A stretch of DNA of 63,821 nt, filler included, from Octopus bimaculoides (lineage: Eukaryota), in assembly GCF_001194135.2 (NCBI RefSeq). It is 7 parts of 7 records of this genome, joined end to end, with 100 filler letters (N's around TTAATTAATTAA, not from the genome) between each part and the next. Parts side by side here need not be neighbours in the genome. Positions count along the whole stretch, not along the records: positions 62,315 to 63,821 come from NW_026387977.1; 6 more parts are not named here. One strand, written 5' to 3'. Below are positions 63,601 through 63,821 of the stretch, one piece after another. How positions within the stretch are numbered: position 1 is the first letter of the stretch; the number at the start of each line of letters is the position of its first letter. The position numbers and the translations under genes were made by a program. The notes beneath the pieces are model-generated. The model saw only the letters and a list, made by a program, of their open reading frames with translations. It searched no databases and was not told where the DNA came from.

Positions 63601-63821
63601 GATTTACATACACAAATAATCTACACATAAAAACACAAACACCTGTATATATTGGTTTCAAATTTTGGCACAAGCCCACAATTTCGTTGGAAGGGGATTC
63701 TCGATTTCATCGACTCCAGTGTTCAACTGGGACTTATGTTATTGACCCTGAAAAGATGAAAGACAAAGTCAATCCCGGCAGTGTTTGAACTCAGATGGTA
63801 AAGACGAACGAAATGCCGTCA

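Overview
AT-rich, repeat-dominated metazoan genomic DNA with many N gaps. The SINE families, microsatellite load and sparse exons look cephalopod/octopus-like (inference; no database check possible). Two host genes are supported. (1) The first coding exon of an SLCO/OATP organic-anion transporter on the minus strand (47045-47810). (2) Four consecutive in-phase exons of an SLC6 Na+-coupled symporter on the plus strand (54887-62053). Neither gene's remaining exons could be found in the window. The rest is transposon debris: Tc1/mariner, pogo/Tigger, Helitron, Penelope, RTE, CR1/L2-like, Tx1-like, Gypsy, tRNA-derived SINEs and MITEs. The most notable observations are: seven type-I hammerhead-ribozyme-like motifs from several unrelated repeats (five with intact catalytic cores, one pair showing stem covariation); a three-level nested insertion (mariner inside a solo LTR inside a Tc1) with intact TSDs; a MITE with a 6-bp TSD and a central telomeric-repeat hairpin; an RTE LINE ending in up to three C2H2 fingers; and unusual cation-site residues in the SLC6. 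No CRISPR arrays, rRNA or bona fide tRNA genes were seen.
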